A DNA stretch of 64,000 bases, taken from contig QKEW01000011.1 of NCBI GenBank assembly GCA_003251635.1, positions 39,411 to 103,410 on the forward strand. Reading direction: 5' to 3'. The notes below the pieces were generated by a model. The model worked only from the letters and a program-made list of their open reading frames with translations, was not told where the DNA came from and did no database searches. Origin of the DNA: a bacterium. GTDB lineage: Bacteria > Patescibacteriota > Minisyncoccia > Moranbacterales > GWC2-37-73. The position numbers and the translations under genes are program-made. This document shows, piece after piece, positions 37,047-47,724 of the stretch (positions are counted from its first letter, which is position 1; the number at the start of each line of letters is the position of its first letter).

Positions 37047-38120
37047 ATGATTAAAGGCTTTTTTTCTCAAACAAAAAGAAAAAATAAAAAAAAATCAAAA
37101 TCAAAGAAAAGCAGTGACATGGTGATTTGCGTGGGTTCGTCTTCGAAAGATATTTTTTTTCCGACAAGCAAGGGTCTTATTTTGGAAACTCCTGAAGATT
37201 TGATTTCTCAGAGGAAGTTTGCTTTTGAGTTGGGAGCGAAATATCAAGTTGATCAGCGTTTTGAAGCTTTGGGTGGATGCGCGGCCAATGTCGCTTGCGG
37301 CTTGGCTAAATTGGGAGCAAGGGTTGAGTGTCTAACTAAGGTTGGCGATGATGATTTAGGAGAATGGATTCAGGAAGAATTGTTGGAAAACGGCGTTGGA
37401 ATAGAAATTTTGCAAATCGAAAAGAAATGTCAAAGCGACCTATCTCTGATATTGGTAGATGAAAAAAGCGGAGAACATGTAATTTTTTCCGATCGTGATG
37501 CTAATGAGAAATTAAAAATTTATCCCGCTAAATTAAAAAAAGCTAATTGGTTATTTGTAAGTTCACTTAATGGTGATTGGGAAAATAATCTGGAGCAATT
37601 GATTGATTTTGCTCAGAAGCGAAAAATAAAAATAGCTTTTAATCCCGGTCAGAAAAATATAGCTCAAGGAAAGACGGCAATTCAAGCAGCTATTGCCAAA
37701 ACTGATTTATTAATTTTAAACAAGGACGAGGCGACAGAAGTGGTTTCGCAGAATTTTCCGAAAGCTGGAGTTGAACATCTGAAAAGTGAAATTTTCCTAG
37801 TCAATCAATTGAGAAAAATGGGAGCTAAAACATTTTTGTTAACTGCCGGAGCGGCCGGAGCGTGGGTTGGATATGAAAAAAATATTTTTCAAGCCAAAGC
37901 TTTATTGGTTAAGGCTTTGGATACGACTGGGGCTGGAGATGCTTTTACTAGCGGTTTTTTCGGAGCTTTCGTGAAGAATAAAAAAATTGAGGAATGTTTG
38001 GCTTGGGGAGTAATCAATAGTAGTAGCAGTGTTGGGGAATATGGAGGGCAAGCTGGATTGCTGCGTGAAAATCAGATCTGCAAAATAGTAAAAAAAATAA
38101 AAATTAAAAAAGTAAGTTGA
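37047..38120 (+). CDS. PfkB/ribokinase-family carbohydrate kinase
   Basis: Motifs GGCAANVA, LNKDE and DTTGAGDAF. The start may be ATG 37119. Confidence 0.9.
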   Translation: MIKGFFSQTKRKNKKKSKSKKSSDMVICVGSSSKDIFFPTSKGLILETPEDLISQRKFAFELGAKYQVDQRFEALGGCAANVACGLAKLGARVECLTKVGDDDLGEWIQEELLENGVGIEILQIEKKCQSDLSLILVDEKSGEHVIFSDRDANEKLKIYPAKLKKANWLFVSSLNGDWENNLEQLIDFAQKRKIKIAFNPGQKNIAQGKTAIQAAIAKTDLLILNKDEATEVVSQNFPKAGVEHLKSEIFLVNQLRKMGAKTFLLTAGAAGAWVGYEKNIFQAKALLVKALDTTGAGDAFTSGFFGAFVKNKKIEECLAWGVINSSSSVGEYGGQAGLLRENQICKIVKKIKIKKVS

Positions 38121-38127
38121 TTGATTT

Positions 38128-39393
38128 ATGGCCTTTTTTTCTAAACTTGTTTCCAGTGGAAAAAGCGAAAATTTAATAGCCCTAGATATTGGAACGGAGT
38201 TTGTTAAAGCTTTGGTTTTCAGGACGAAAGTTAAGGGTGAGGAGGTTTTTGGCGAAGTGTTGGGCGTGGGACGCAGTCGACAAGAACAAGGAAATATGCA
38301 AAGTGGTGCAGTTTCTGATATTTCCGGGGTTATTAAAACTTGCCGGGATTCAATTTTACAAGCTCAGGAGCAAGCTGGAATTAAAAAAATCAAAAAGACC
38401 ATAATTGGTATTGCGGGAGAATTGGTGCGGGGGACAACTACGATTGTTCATTATGAAAGAGCCAAGTCGGAGAGCCGAATCGATTTGGCTGAATTAAAAG
38501 TCATTATTCAGAGAGTTCAAAACAAAGCTTTTGAAAGGATCAAAAAACAAATTGCTTGGGATACTGGTCAAGATGATATTGATATCAAGCTGATAAATGC
38601 AGCGATTGTGGATGTTCGAATTGACGGATATCAAGTGAAAAATCCGATTGGTTTTCAAGGAAAGGATGTATCAGTCAGTATTTTCAATGCCTATGCGCCC
38701 ATGATCCATTTGGGAGCTATTCAATCTATTGCAGATGAGCTGGGGTTGGAAATTATGAACATCGCTGCTGAACCTTACGCGGTGGCTCGAAGTATTGATT
38801 ATGATGATGTTTTAGATTTCAATGCAATTTTTATTGATATTGGTGGTGGAACCACAGATATCGCAGTGGTACGCAACGGCGGTTTGGAAGGAACCAAGAT
38901 GTTTGCTTTTGGTGGACGAGCTTTTACTAAAAAACTTTCCCACGAGTTGGAAATATCTTTTGAAGAAGCGGAAAATTTGAAAATAAATTATGCTGAAAAA
39001 AAATTAGGTGCGGATGTTTGTGATAAAATAGATCAGATGTTTGATGTAGATTGTCAGATTTGGCTCAGTGGAGTCGAGCTTTCTTTGGCTGAATTTGCCG
39101 AGGCGGATGTTTTGCCTTCCAAAATTTTACTTTGTGGAGGAGGCAGTGCTTTGCCGGGAGTTAAAAAAGCGCTAAGTTCTCAAAACTGGATCAAGAATCT
39201 GCCATTTGCTAAGGCGCCAAATGTTAGCTTTTTGCAACCAAAAGATGTCGTGAGGATTGTTGACCAAACCGGTTTATTGAAAGACCCCCAAGATGTGACT
39301 CCGATGGGATTGGCTAATTTGGCACTAGATTTAGCGGTGGAAGAAAAATTGATGGCTGGAATTTTGCGTCGAATCGTTCAAAATATAGATTAG
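38128..39393 (+). CDS. FtsA-like actin-fold ATPase
   Basis: Motifs ALDIGT, AEPYA, IDIGGGTTD, FEEAENLK and LCGGGS; lacks the extended FtsA C-terminal tail. Confidence 0.8.
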   Translation: MAFFSKLVSSGKSENLIALDIGTEFVKALVFRTKVKGEEVFGEVLGVGRSRQEQGNMQSGAVSDISGVIKTCRDSILQAQEQAGIKKIKKTIIGIAGELVRGTTTIVHYERAKSESRIDLAELKVIIQRVQNKAFERIKKQIAWDTGQDDIDIKLINAAIVDVRIDGYQVKNPIGFQGKDVSVSIFNAYAPMIHLGAIQSIADELGLEIMNIAAEPYAVARSIDYDDVLDFNAIFIDIGGGTTDIAVVRNGGLEGTKMFAFGGRAFTKKLSHELEISFEEAENLKINYAEKKLGADVCDKIDQMFDVDCQIWLSGVELSLAEFAEADVLPSKILLCGGGSALPGVKKALSSQNWIKNLPFAKAPNVSFLQPKDVVRIVDQTGLLKDPQDVTPMGLANLALDLAVEEKLMAGILRRIVQNID

Positions 39394-39437
39394 TTTTTAA
39401 AAATCAATTTTGATAAGTAGTAAGAATATCTAAAAAT

Positions 39438-41516
39438 ATGCATCAAACTTTTTATGTCGAAGTTGACGAAGAAATTTCTTCGGTTATTGGAAAACTGAAC
39501 GGTTCTTTGGCGGCTGACAATTATTTTGTAGTTACCAAAAGGGCGTCAATTTCGCAGAGCATTGTCAATTTAAAGTTGTTCAAACGAGAGGCTGATAGAT
39601 TAAAGAAAAACATAGTCATTGTTTCGACTGATGAACAAACTCTAAAAATTGCCGAGAGAGCTGGAATTACCACTCAGACATCCATGAATGGTTTGGAGTT
39701 TTCCGAGGATGAGAAAGTTAAGATCAAGGAAGCTGAAAGTCCCAGTCAATCCGGTTTGGCTGAACAAAAAAGAGCGCGCTTAACTCGACTGGGAACATCT
39801 GACTATCATAATGAATCCCAATTGGGATCTGAAATTACTTCTGTTGCGGAGGAATCACTAAATTCTTTAGCAGCGCCAAAAAGTGATTTTAGGACAAAGG
39901 GCGGTTTGGGATCAGCCGGCTCAATTTCAAATTTGAATAATTTTTCAAAATCAGCTAAAGCCACTATTGGAGATCAAAGAAGATCGGTTGCGACTGACAT
40001 TGCGAGACCAACCAAGGAAGCGGCTTCTCTGTCAGGAAATCTGAATAAAATTTCATCGGGTTTTGAGCAGAATTTGGATCCTCGCTATGGAATGAATTAT
40101 GGAGAATTTCCTCAAACTCCGGAACTTGGAATCCGAGGTGGAATCGGTGTCTCAGGTAAAGCCATAAGACAAAGCAATCAGTCGCCAGGACAGTCTTTAG
40201 AAGAATTTTTAGATCCGGAAAAAGAAAAAAAGTTTGAAAAAATATTTAACGGAAGTCAGGCTAAGTCTTCTATGGCTGCCAATCCTGCTGAATTGTCGCC
40301 AGAAAATCGAGATTCAAATCAAAGAAGAAAAGATGAAAAAGGTCAGGGTGGCAGTTGGGGTAAATTTTTTCTATATTTAACTTTTATTTTTATTTTGGTA
40401 GCCGCTTTGGGTGGAGCCTATTTTTTCCTTCCAACTGCCAAGATAAATGTTTATTTGGAAAACGAAAATGAAAAAGATAATCTGGTCCTGAAGGCTTCGA
40501 CCAATCAGAACGAAGTTGATAGTGAGGGCTTGGTTATTCCTGCTCGCTTAATTGAAAAGGAAGGTGAAATAACCTTAGCTAATGAGACGACCGGAGTTAG
40601 CGAATCTTCAGGCCAGAAAGCTCGAGGTAAGTTGACGATTTATAATGAATATAGTGGGTCAGCTCAAGCACTGATTGCAACTACTCGTTTCGAGACCTCC
40701 GACGGGAAGATATTCCGTCTGGTTAAGGGTGTTTCGGTACCAGGATCAACCCAAGTTAGTGGAGAAACTAAACCCGGATCCGTTGAAGTTGAGGTTGTTG
40801 CCGATATGCCAGGCGATGATTATAACATTGAAGCAACTTCTTTTACTATTCCTGGTTTTGAAGGTTCGGAGCGTTTCGAAAAGATATATGCTAAGTCATC
40901 TGAATCCATGACAGGTGGAGGTCTTTCAGCCGATGCGGTTAGGATTGTCAATCAAAGTGATTTGGATAGTGCCAAAGAAAGAACTCAAGCGGCCTTGATT
41001 GAAAAAATCAATGATTCTATTCAAAGCGAATTGACTGAAAATGAAATGACAGTGGTAGAATCTTTCAGTTTGGATGTCATTGATGAAGCAGCTTTTGCTA
41101 AGGTAGGCGATTTGAAAAATTCTTTTGATTATCAAATAAAAGGAAAGGCTAAAGTTTTTGTGGTTTCACATTCGGATATTGAAAAAGTCGCCCAAGCGCA
41201 ATATGCCAAGAAAAATAGCAAGGGTTATAAATATTCTTTTTCCAAAACTGACTTTATCTTGGAAGATGTTGAGGCCAAATTTGATAGCGGAGAATTGGAT
41301 TTGAAAGTTCTTGCTCAAATTGGGACCAAAGCTGATTTTGATCAGACGAAGTTCAAGGAAAAACTGGTATTTAAAAGCGAAGATCAGATCAAGGAGGTTA
41401 TGCAACAATATCCTCAAATCCGTAATTTGGAAGTTAATGTTTGGCCATCCTTTTTTCCAACCACTCCTCGTTTAGTTGATCGAATAAAGATCGAAGTTTC
41501 TGATTTTAGTGAATAA
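39438..41516 (+). CDS. Bitopic membrane protein with a baseplate J/gp47-like extracellular domain
   Basis: Small N-terminal alpha/beta domain, disordered linker and TM. Then KARGKLTIYN, TRF, VSVPG, VEVVADMPGDDYNI and MTGG, a baseplate-J-like pattern. Confidence 0.7.
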   Translation: MHQTFYVEVDEEISSVIGKLNGSLAADNYFVVTKRASISQSIVNLKLFKREADRLKKNIVIVSTDEQTLKIAERAGITTQTSMNGLEFSEDEKVKIKEAESPSQSGLAEQKRARLTRLGTSDYHNESQLGSEITSVAEESLNSLAAPKSDFRTKGGLGSAGSISNLNNFSKSAKATIGDQRRSVATDIARPTKEAASLSGNLNKISSGFEQNLDPRYGMNYGEFPQTPELGIRGGIGVSGKAIRQSNQSPGQSLEEFLDPEKEKKFEKIFNGSQAKSSMAANPAELSPENRDSNQRRKDEKGQGGSWGKFFLYLTFIFILVAALGGAYFFLPTAKINVYLENENEKDNLVLKASTNQNEVDSEGLVIPARLIEKEGEITLANETTGVSESSGQKARGKLTIYNEYSGSAQALIATTRFETSDGKIFRLVKGVSVPGSTQVSGETKPGSVEVEVVADMPGDDYNIEATSFTIPGFEGSERFEKIYAKSSESMTGGGLSADAVRIVNQSDLDSAKERTQAALIEKINDSIQSELTENEMTVVESFSLDVIDEAAFAKVGDLKNSFDYQIKGKAKVFVVSHSDIEKVAQAQYAKKNSKGYKYSFSKTDFILEDVEAKFDSGELDLKVLAQIGTKADFDQTKFKEKLVFKSEDQIKEVMQQYPQIRNLEVNVWPSFFPTTPRLVDRIKIEVSDFSE

Positions 41517-41557
41517 ATTTAGAATGTTTTTTGAATTTAAACAAAAATAAATTTAAA

Positions 41558-43186
41558 ATGAAAAGCAAAAATAAAATTGATGTGGCCTATTTCTCGATGG
41601 AGTTTGGCTTTAGCGGGAGAGTTCCGAATTATGCGGGGGGCTTAGGGATTTTGGCGGCGGATATAATTTTCTCAGCAGCAGATTTGGGAAAAAAAGTGGT
41701 TGGAATTTCTTTGATTTATCACAAATCAGACGATCCAACTCAAGCTTTCCCGATTAATAATTTTTTGAAAAAGACCGATCATTATGTCTGGGTCAAGATT
41801 GAAGATCGAGACGTTAAATTGGCGATTTGGAAGGTTGAAATTCCGGGAGTCAAAGGAACAGTGCCGATTTATTTCCTCAGCTCATATTTGCTAGAAAATC
41901 AACCCTGGGATCGTGATTTGACTAAAAACTTATATTCATCTGATGGTTATACCCGTTTTTGCCAGGAAGTTATTTTGGGTGTTGGAGGTGTTCGTGCTTT
42001 GGAGGAACTGGGGTATCAAGTTGATAAATATCATTTAAATGAAGGCCATTGTTCTTTTTTAACTTTGGAATTGCTCAAAAAAAAGAATTATGATGAAAAT
42101 GAAGTCAAAAAAATTTGCAGTTTTACCACACACACTCCGGTGGCCTCAGGGCACGATCAATTTGGTTATGATTTGGCTTATCGAGTTGCCAATGATATCT
42201 TACCCTGGAATATTCGAGAATTGGCCGGACAAGATAATTTGAGCATGACTAAACTGGCCCTAAGTCTAAGTGGGAAATCAAATGGAGTTTCTCAAAGACA
42301 TGGCGAGGTTTGTCGACAAATGTTTCCTGAATATGAAATCGACAGCATAACCAATGGTATATATCATCCTCGTTGGATTGGGGCTCACATGGAGCTTCTT
42401 TTCAATAAGCACTTAAAAGGTTGGCGCCAAAATCCGGAAATTTTAGCTAGGGCCACAGAAGTTTTGCCGGACCGAGAGCTTTTGGAGGCTCGAGCTTTGG
42501 AAAAAAGGGATTTTATAGAATGGGTGAATCGTAATAGCAATTTTTTTCCACTGATGGATGTTAATGCCAAAGATTGTTTGAAAGAGAATGTTTTGACAGT
42601 TGGTTTTGCTCGGCGATTCGTGCCCTATAAGCGTCCGGACATGATCTTTAGTGATTTGCAAAAATTAAAAAAAATCGCCGGCAAAAAACTTCAACTAGTT
42701 TTTGCGGGTAATTGCAATCCGACGGATGATTTTTGCCATGATGTTATGAGAACTATCGGACGTTATGCTCAGGAATTAAGAGGGGAAATAAGAGTGGCGT
42801 TGATTCCGTATTACGATATTGAAATAGCTAAAAAATTGGTTAAAGGTGTCGATGTTTGGATGAATACGCCGATTCCGCCAAAAGAAGCCAGTGGAACCAG
42901 CGGTATGAAAACTTCTCTTAATGGTTGTTTGAATCTTTCAATTTTGGATGGTTGGTGGATTGAGGGTTATCAAAAATATCCGCTAAGCGGATGGGCTTTT
43001 GGTGGCGAAACAAATGTGGAAAATCAGCAGGACGAAAAGGCTTTGGTGGAAAAAATGGAGGACGTGATTGATTGTTACTATAATCATCAAGAGCAGTGGG
43101 TTGAGCGAATGAAAAATGCGATTGCTCTGGCGTCCTTTTTCAATACTCATCGAGTAGTGAAAGAGTATTTCGAAAAGATGTGGTAG
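41558..43186 (+). CDS. glgP: Alpha-glucan (glycogen/starch) phosphorylase, short form
   Basis: Motifs AYFSMEFG, YAGGLGILA, HLNEGH, FTTHTP, ARRFVPYKR and EASGTSGMK. Confidence 0.92.
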   Translation: MKSKNKIDVAYFSMEFGFSGRVPNYAGGLGILAADIIFSAADLGKKVVGISLIYHKSDDPTQAFPINNFLKKTDHYVWVKIEDRDVKLAIWKVEIPGVKGTVPIYFLSSYLLENQPWDRDLTKNLYSSDGYTRFCQEVILGVGGVRALEELGYQVDKYHLNEGHCSFLTLELLKKKNYDENEVKKICSFTTHTPVASGHDQFGYDLAYRVANDILPWNIRELAGQDNLSMTKLALSLSGKSNGVSQRHGEVCRQMFPEYEIDSITNGIYHPRWIGAHMELLFNKHLKGWRQNPEILARATEVLPDRELLEARALEKRDFIEWVNRNSNFFPLMDVNAKDCLKENVLTVGFARRFVPYKRPDMIFSDLQKLKKIAGKKLQLVFAGNCNPTDDFCHDVMRTIGRYAQELRGEIRVALIPYYDIEIAKKLVKGVDVWMNTPIPPKEASGTSGMKTSLNGCLNLSILDGWWIEGYQKYPLSGWAFGGETNVENQQDEKALVEKMEDVIDCYYNHQEQWVERMKNAIALASFFNTHRVVKEYFEKMW

Positions 43187-43214
43187 ATATATTGTTGAAA
43201 AACGAAAATTGAAT

Positions 43215-44450
43215 ATGAGAAATATGCGAATCTTGATGTTTGGCTGGGAATTTCCACCGCACAATAGCGGTGGCTTAGGTGTGGCCTGTTTTGGTTTAAC
43301 TAGGGCCTTGTCTCGTTTGGGCGCCGAGATTACTTTTGTTTTACCTTCCAATATTCAGACCAATGTCGATTACATGAAAGTAATTTTGGCTAAGGAAAAA
43401 ATGAACCAACAAGTGGGCGTTAAAATTTTTTCTTCTCCACTTCATCCCTATGCTACCGCCGAATCTTATTGCCAAAAGCTTGAAATGATGGATGAAAATT
43501 CAACAATTTATGCTGATGATCTGCAATCGGAAGTTTTGCGCTATGCAATTGAAGCTAAGGAAATCGCGCTTGGTGAAAATTTTGACATAATTCACGCTCA
43601 CGATTGGTTGACTTTTCTGGCTGGAATTGCGGCTAAGAAAGTTAGTCAAAAACCTTTGGTCATTCATGTTCATTCAACCGAATACGACCGGTCCGGTGGT
43701 GGTAATTGCAATCAATTTGTTTTTGAGATTGAAAAAAGGGGAATGGAGGAGGCGGACAAAATTATTGCCATTAGTCAGCACACTAAAAATACGTTAGTTT
43801 CCAAATATCAAGTTGATCCCAGCAAAATTGAAGTAATTCACAACGGAGTAGATCAGGATAAAAACGAAATGATTGTGCGCGAGGATGGAGTTTTGAGTCA
43901 ACTGAAAAAATCCGGCAAGTTCATCGTGTTTTTCTTGGGTCGTCTGACTATTCAAAAAGGTGTGGACTATTTTTTGAAAATGGCCCAAAAGGTTTTGGAA
44001 AAAAGAAAAGATGTGGTTTTTGTGGTTGCCGGTTCAGGCGATATGGAGCGTCAATTGATTATGCTGGCGGCCGATTTGGGAATTTCCGATAAAGTTTTTT
44101 TTGTTGGTTTTTTGCGTGGCGATCAAGCCAATGAAATGTTTAGCATGGGTGATCTTTTTGTAATGCCGTCAATTTCCGAACCTTTCGGTTTGGTGGCTTT
44201 GGAATCAATGCTGCACGAAACCCCGGTTATAGTTTCCAAGCAATCCGGAGTTTGTGAAACTGTCAGTCATGCCTTGAAAGTTGATTTTTGGGATGTGGAT
44301 GAAATGGCCAATAAAACTCTCAGTGTCTTGTCTCACGCTTCTTTGAAGACGCAACTTTCGGATTTTGGCAAAAATGAAGCCTTGAAACTGGATTGGAATC
44401 GAAGCGCTCAAAAAGTCTTGCGCCTGTTTCAGCAACTAATCAAAGTGTGA
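43215..44450 (+). CDS. GT4 glycosyltransferase, glycogen-synthase-like
   Basis: Motifs MFGWEFPPHNSGGLG, HAHDW, HSTEYDR and PSISEPFGLVALE; lies in the alpha-glucan operon. Confidence 0.85.
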   Translation: MRNMRILMFGWEFPPHNSGGLGVACFGLTRALSRLGAEITFVLPSNIQTNVDYMKVILAKEKMNQQVGVKIFSSPLHPYATAESYCQKLEMMDENSTIYADDLQSEVLRYAIEAKEIALGENFDIIHAHDWLTFLAGIAAKKVSQKPLVIHVHSTEYDRSGGGNCNQFVFEIEKRGMEEADKIIAISQHTKNTLVSKYQVDPSKIEVIHNGVDQDKNEMIVREDGVLSQLKKSGKFIVFFLGRLTIQKGVDYFLKMAQKVLEKRKDVVFVVAGSGDMERQLIMLAADLGISDKVFFVGFLRGDQANEMFSMGDLFVMPSISEPFGLVALESMLHETPVIVSKQSGVCETVSHALKVDFWDVDEMANKTLSVLSHASLKTQLSDFGKNEALKLDWNRSAQKVLRLFQQLIKV

Positions 44451-44481
44451 TATAATTTGGATATATTCATAAAAATACAAA

Positions 44482-45714
44482 ATGCCTTCAGTTTGCTTTT
44501 ATTTTCAAGTACATCAACCCTATCGAGTGAAAAAATATCGTTTTTTTGACATTGGCAAAGATCATAGTTATTTCAATGACAAATCCGATACCAGTTTGAA
44601 TAATGAAAAAATCCTGGAAAAAGTTTCTCTTAAGTCTTATTTGCCAGCCAATGCTTTGATTTTGGAACTTTTGCAAAAGCATCCTGAATTTCGAGCCAGC
44701 TATTCTTTTTCGGGAGTTTTTTTAGAGCAAATTGAAAAAAAATTTCCGCATGTTTTGGAATCTTTTCAAAAATTGGTAAAAACCGGACAGGTGGAAGTTC
44801 TCAGTGAAACTTACTATCATTCCCTATCTTTTCTTTATTCGCGCCAAGAATTTGAAAAGCAAGTTGAATTGCATCGCAAAAAAATCAAAAAACTTTTCGG
44901 GGTTGTTCCTAAAGTTTTTCGCAACACTGAATTGATTTATAGCAACGAAATTGCCAAGGTGGCTGAGGAGATGGGATTTGATGCCATTTTAGCTGAAGGA
45001 GCTGATCATATTTTGGATTGGCAGTCTCCTAATTTTGTTTACCAGCCGGTTGGAACTGAAAAAATTAAGTTGCTTTTGAAAAATTATCGTCTTTCTGATG
45101 ATATCGCTTTTCGTTTTTCGGAAAAAAGTTGGAGTCATCATCCTTTGACAGCGGAAAAATTTTCCGATTGGGTTTCGAGTCATAATGGCAATGGGGAGGT
45201 TGTTAATTTATTTATGGATTACGAAACTTTCGGGGAGCATCAATGGGAAGATTCAGGCATATTTGATTTTCTAAGATCATTGCCGGATAAGATATTGAAA
45301 AATCCTCACAATGGATTCGTGACTCCATCAGAAGCAATCAAGAAATATCCGGTTCGCGGAAGTTTGAATGTCGAGCACTATGTTTCTTGGGCTGATGTTG
45401 AAAGAGATCTTTCGGCTTGGAAATCAAATGCGATTCAGGAAGACGCGCTCAAAAGAATCTATGCCCTGGAGGAAAAAATTGGAAAGGTTAAAAATAGAAA
45501 ATTAACAGAAGATTGGCGAAAATTGCAAACTTCCGATCATTTCTATTATATGTGTACCAAATATTTTGCCGATGGCGATATTCACAAATATTTCAGTCCC
45601 TATGAGTCACCCTATGACGCTTTTATTGCCTATATGAATGCTTTGCAGGATTTGGAGATGCGAATCGAAAAAGCCCTGGGTAATTTTTCGGTTGAAAAAG
45701 TTGGCGTAAAATAG
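44482..45714 (+). CDS. Glycoside hydrolase family 57 (alpha-amylase-like)
   Basis: Motifs FQVHQP, ETYYHSL, FRNTEL, DYETFGEH and QTSDHFYY. Confidence 0.92.
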   Translation: MPSVCFYFQVHQPYRVKKYRFFDIGKDHSYFNDKSDTSLNNEKILEKVSLKSYLPANALILELLQKHPEFRASYSFSGVFLEQIEKKFPHVLESFQKLVKTGQVEVLSETYYHSLSFLYSRQEFEKQVELHRKKIKKLFGVVPKVFRNTELIYSNEIAKVAEEMGFDAILAEGADHILDWQSPNFVYQPVGTEKIKLLLKNYRLSDDIAFRFSEKSWSHHPLTAEKFSDWVSSHNGNGEVVNLFMDYETFGEHQWEDSGIFDFLRSLPDKILKNPHNGFVTPSEAIKKYPVRGSLNVEHYVSWADVERDLSAWKSNAIQEDALKRIYALEEKIGKVKNRKLTEDWRKLQTSDHFYYMCTKYFADGDIHKYFSPYESPYDAFIAYMNALQDLEMRIEKALGNFSVEKVGVK

Positions 45715-45747
45715 TTTTTCAAAAAAATAACAAATACAAAAAATAAA

Positions 45748-47703
45748 ATGGCTAGATCGTTGGTTTTGGGAAATGGAAAAATTCTGGTTTGTTTGGATCA
45801 GTTCGGGCAAGTTAAGGATTTCTATTTTCCCTATGCTGGTTTGGAAAATCATATTGGTGAAAAGTGCGTTCACAGAATCGGAATTTCTATTGATGGAAAT
45901 TTTGGCTGGATTGATGGTGGTCAATGGGAGATTGAAATTGACTATGTCGGCCACACCATGCTTTCTTGGATTAAAGCTCGACATCGACAAAGGAAAATAG
46001 TCCTGGAATTTTTTGATGTGGTTTACAACGAAAAGGATATTTTCATACGCGAAATAAAAATTCGAAATAATGAAGAAAATAAATGCCAAATCAAAATTTT
46101 CTTCAATCAGGAATTTTTCATCTATGGTACCGCCAGGGGAGACACTGCTTATTTTGAGCCGAATAAAAATATCCTGGTTCACTATGAAGGTCGGCGGGTT
46201 TTTGTGGTTTCAGCTATGAGTGAGGGTAAGTTTTTTGATGATTACAGTGTTGGTATTTTTGGCGATGAGGGAAAAGCGGGAACTTGGAAAGATGCGGAAG
46301 ATTCTCGCTTGGAGAAAAATCCAATCGAGCATGGAACGGTTGATTCGGTTTTGGCTTTGACAGTGGAAGTTGACCCGGGTAAAACTAAAAAGGCTCACTA
46401 TTGGATTTCGGTGGCTAAGAAATTTAAAGATGCTATCAGTCTTTATGAATATGTTTTGCAAAAAAATCCGGAGCACTTGATCAAGACGACGGCTAATTTC
46501 TGGAAAGCTTGGACCGATAAGTCGCATGTGGATTTTGTTGATCTCAACGAAGAGACAGTCAATTTATACAAGCGCTCCTTGCTCATCATGCGGACCCATT
46601 TCAGCGAAAATGGATCAATAATTGCCAGTGGCGATTCGGACATGCCGCGCGGTGGTCGTGACACCTATGCCTACGTTTGGCCGCGGGACGCCGCTTTCAT
46701 TATGCGTGCTTTTGATCGAGCCGGTTATTTTGATTTGTCGCGTAAGTTCTTTGAATTTTGCGAGGATGTGATCAGTCGCGAAGGTTATTTGATGCACAAA
46801 TATCGACCAGACCGTTCCATGGGCAGTTCTTGGCATCCGTGGATTAAAGATCAAAAAAAACAATTGCCGATTCAGGAAGATGAAACAGCTTTGGTGATTT
46901 GGGCGCTGTGGCAACATTATGAAGAGAATTTGGATTTGGAATTTATAGAAAAACTCTACAACCCCTTAATTAAAAAGTCCGCTGACTTCATGTGCCATTA
47001 CATTGATCCACAAACTAACTTGCCGTTGGATAGCTATGATATTTGGGAAGAGAAATCCGGAATTGCCACTTTTACGGCAGCTGGTGTCTATGGGGGATTG
47101 GTGGCGGCTCAAAAATTTGCCCAGCTTTTGGGTAAAAAATCCGATCAAAGAGAGTATGGCACAACGGCTTTGTTGGTTAAAAACGCGATTATTCAAAAAC
47201 TTTTCAATCAGCAGCGCGAGTTTTTTTATCGAATGTTGGATCGGGGCGGCGAAAAAGAAGAATTGATTGATACTTTGGATGTGAGCAGCTTTTTGGGTGT
47301 GTTTCGATTCGGAGTTTTGAAAAGTAGCGATTCGAAATTGAAAAAGATCGTTGATGTGATTGAAGACCAGCTCTATGTTAAAAATGGAATCGGCGGAATC
47401 ATGCGCTATCAAGGCGACCGTTATTTTCAGGTTGATCCGACAAATACGGAAAATCCCTGGTTTATTACCACGCTGTGGGTGGCGCAGTATTACATTGCCA
47501 AAGCTAAAAGCCGAAAGGAACTGAGATCGTGTATAAAATATTTGGACTGGGTGGTTAGTTTCGCTCAAAAATCCGGAATTTTGTCTGAGCAATTGGATCG
47601 TAATAGTGGTCAACAGCTTTCAGTGGCACCGCTCATTTGGAGCCATGCCGAGTTTGTTTTGACTGTGCAGGATTATTTGAAAAAATATCGGAAATTGGAT
47701 TAA
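45748..47703 (+). CDS. Glycoside hydrolase family 15 (glucoamylase/trehalase-like)
   Basis: Motifs YAYVWPRD, QEDET, YDIWEE, RYQGDRY, LSEQ and PLIWSHA. Confidence 0.92.
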   Translation: MARSLVLGNGKILVCLDQFGQVKDFYFPYAGLENHIGEKCVHRIGISIDGNFGWIDGGQWEIEIDYVGHTMLSWIKARHRQRKIVLEFFDVVYNEKDIFIREIKIRNNEENKCQIKIFFNQEFFIYGTARGDTAYFEPNKNILVHYEGRRVFVVSAMSEGKFFDDYSVGIFGDEGKAGTWKDAEDSRLEKNPIEHGTVDSVLALTVEVDPGKTKKAHYWISVAKKFKDAISLYEYVLQKNPEHLIKTTANFWKAWTDKSHVDFVDLNEETVNLYKRSLLIMRTHFSENGSIIASGDSDMPRGGRDTYAYVWPRDAAFIMRAFDRAGYFDLSRKFFEFCEDVISREGYLMHKYRPDRSMGSSWHPWIKDQKKQLPIQEDETALVIWALWQHYEENLDLEFIEKLYNPLIKKSADFMCHYIDPQTNLPLDSYDIWEEKSGIATFTAAGVYGGLVAAQKFAQLLGKKSDQREYGTTALLVKNAIIQKLFNQQREFFYRMLDRGGEKEELIDTLDVSSFLGVFRFGVLKSSDSKLKKIVDVIEDQLYVKNGIGGIMRYQGDRYFQVDPTNTENPWFITTLWVAQYYIAKAKSRKELRSCIKYLDWVVSFAQKSGILSEQLDRNSGQQLSVAPLIWSHAEFVLTVQDYLKKYRKLD

Positions 47704-47724
47704 TATTCGGACTTTTTTGCTGTC

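Noticed and set aside
39438-41516. Prophage or contractile injection system
   Set aside because: Only one baseplate-like domain, membrane-anchored and among housekeeping genes; no sheath, tube, capsid or integrase genes.
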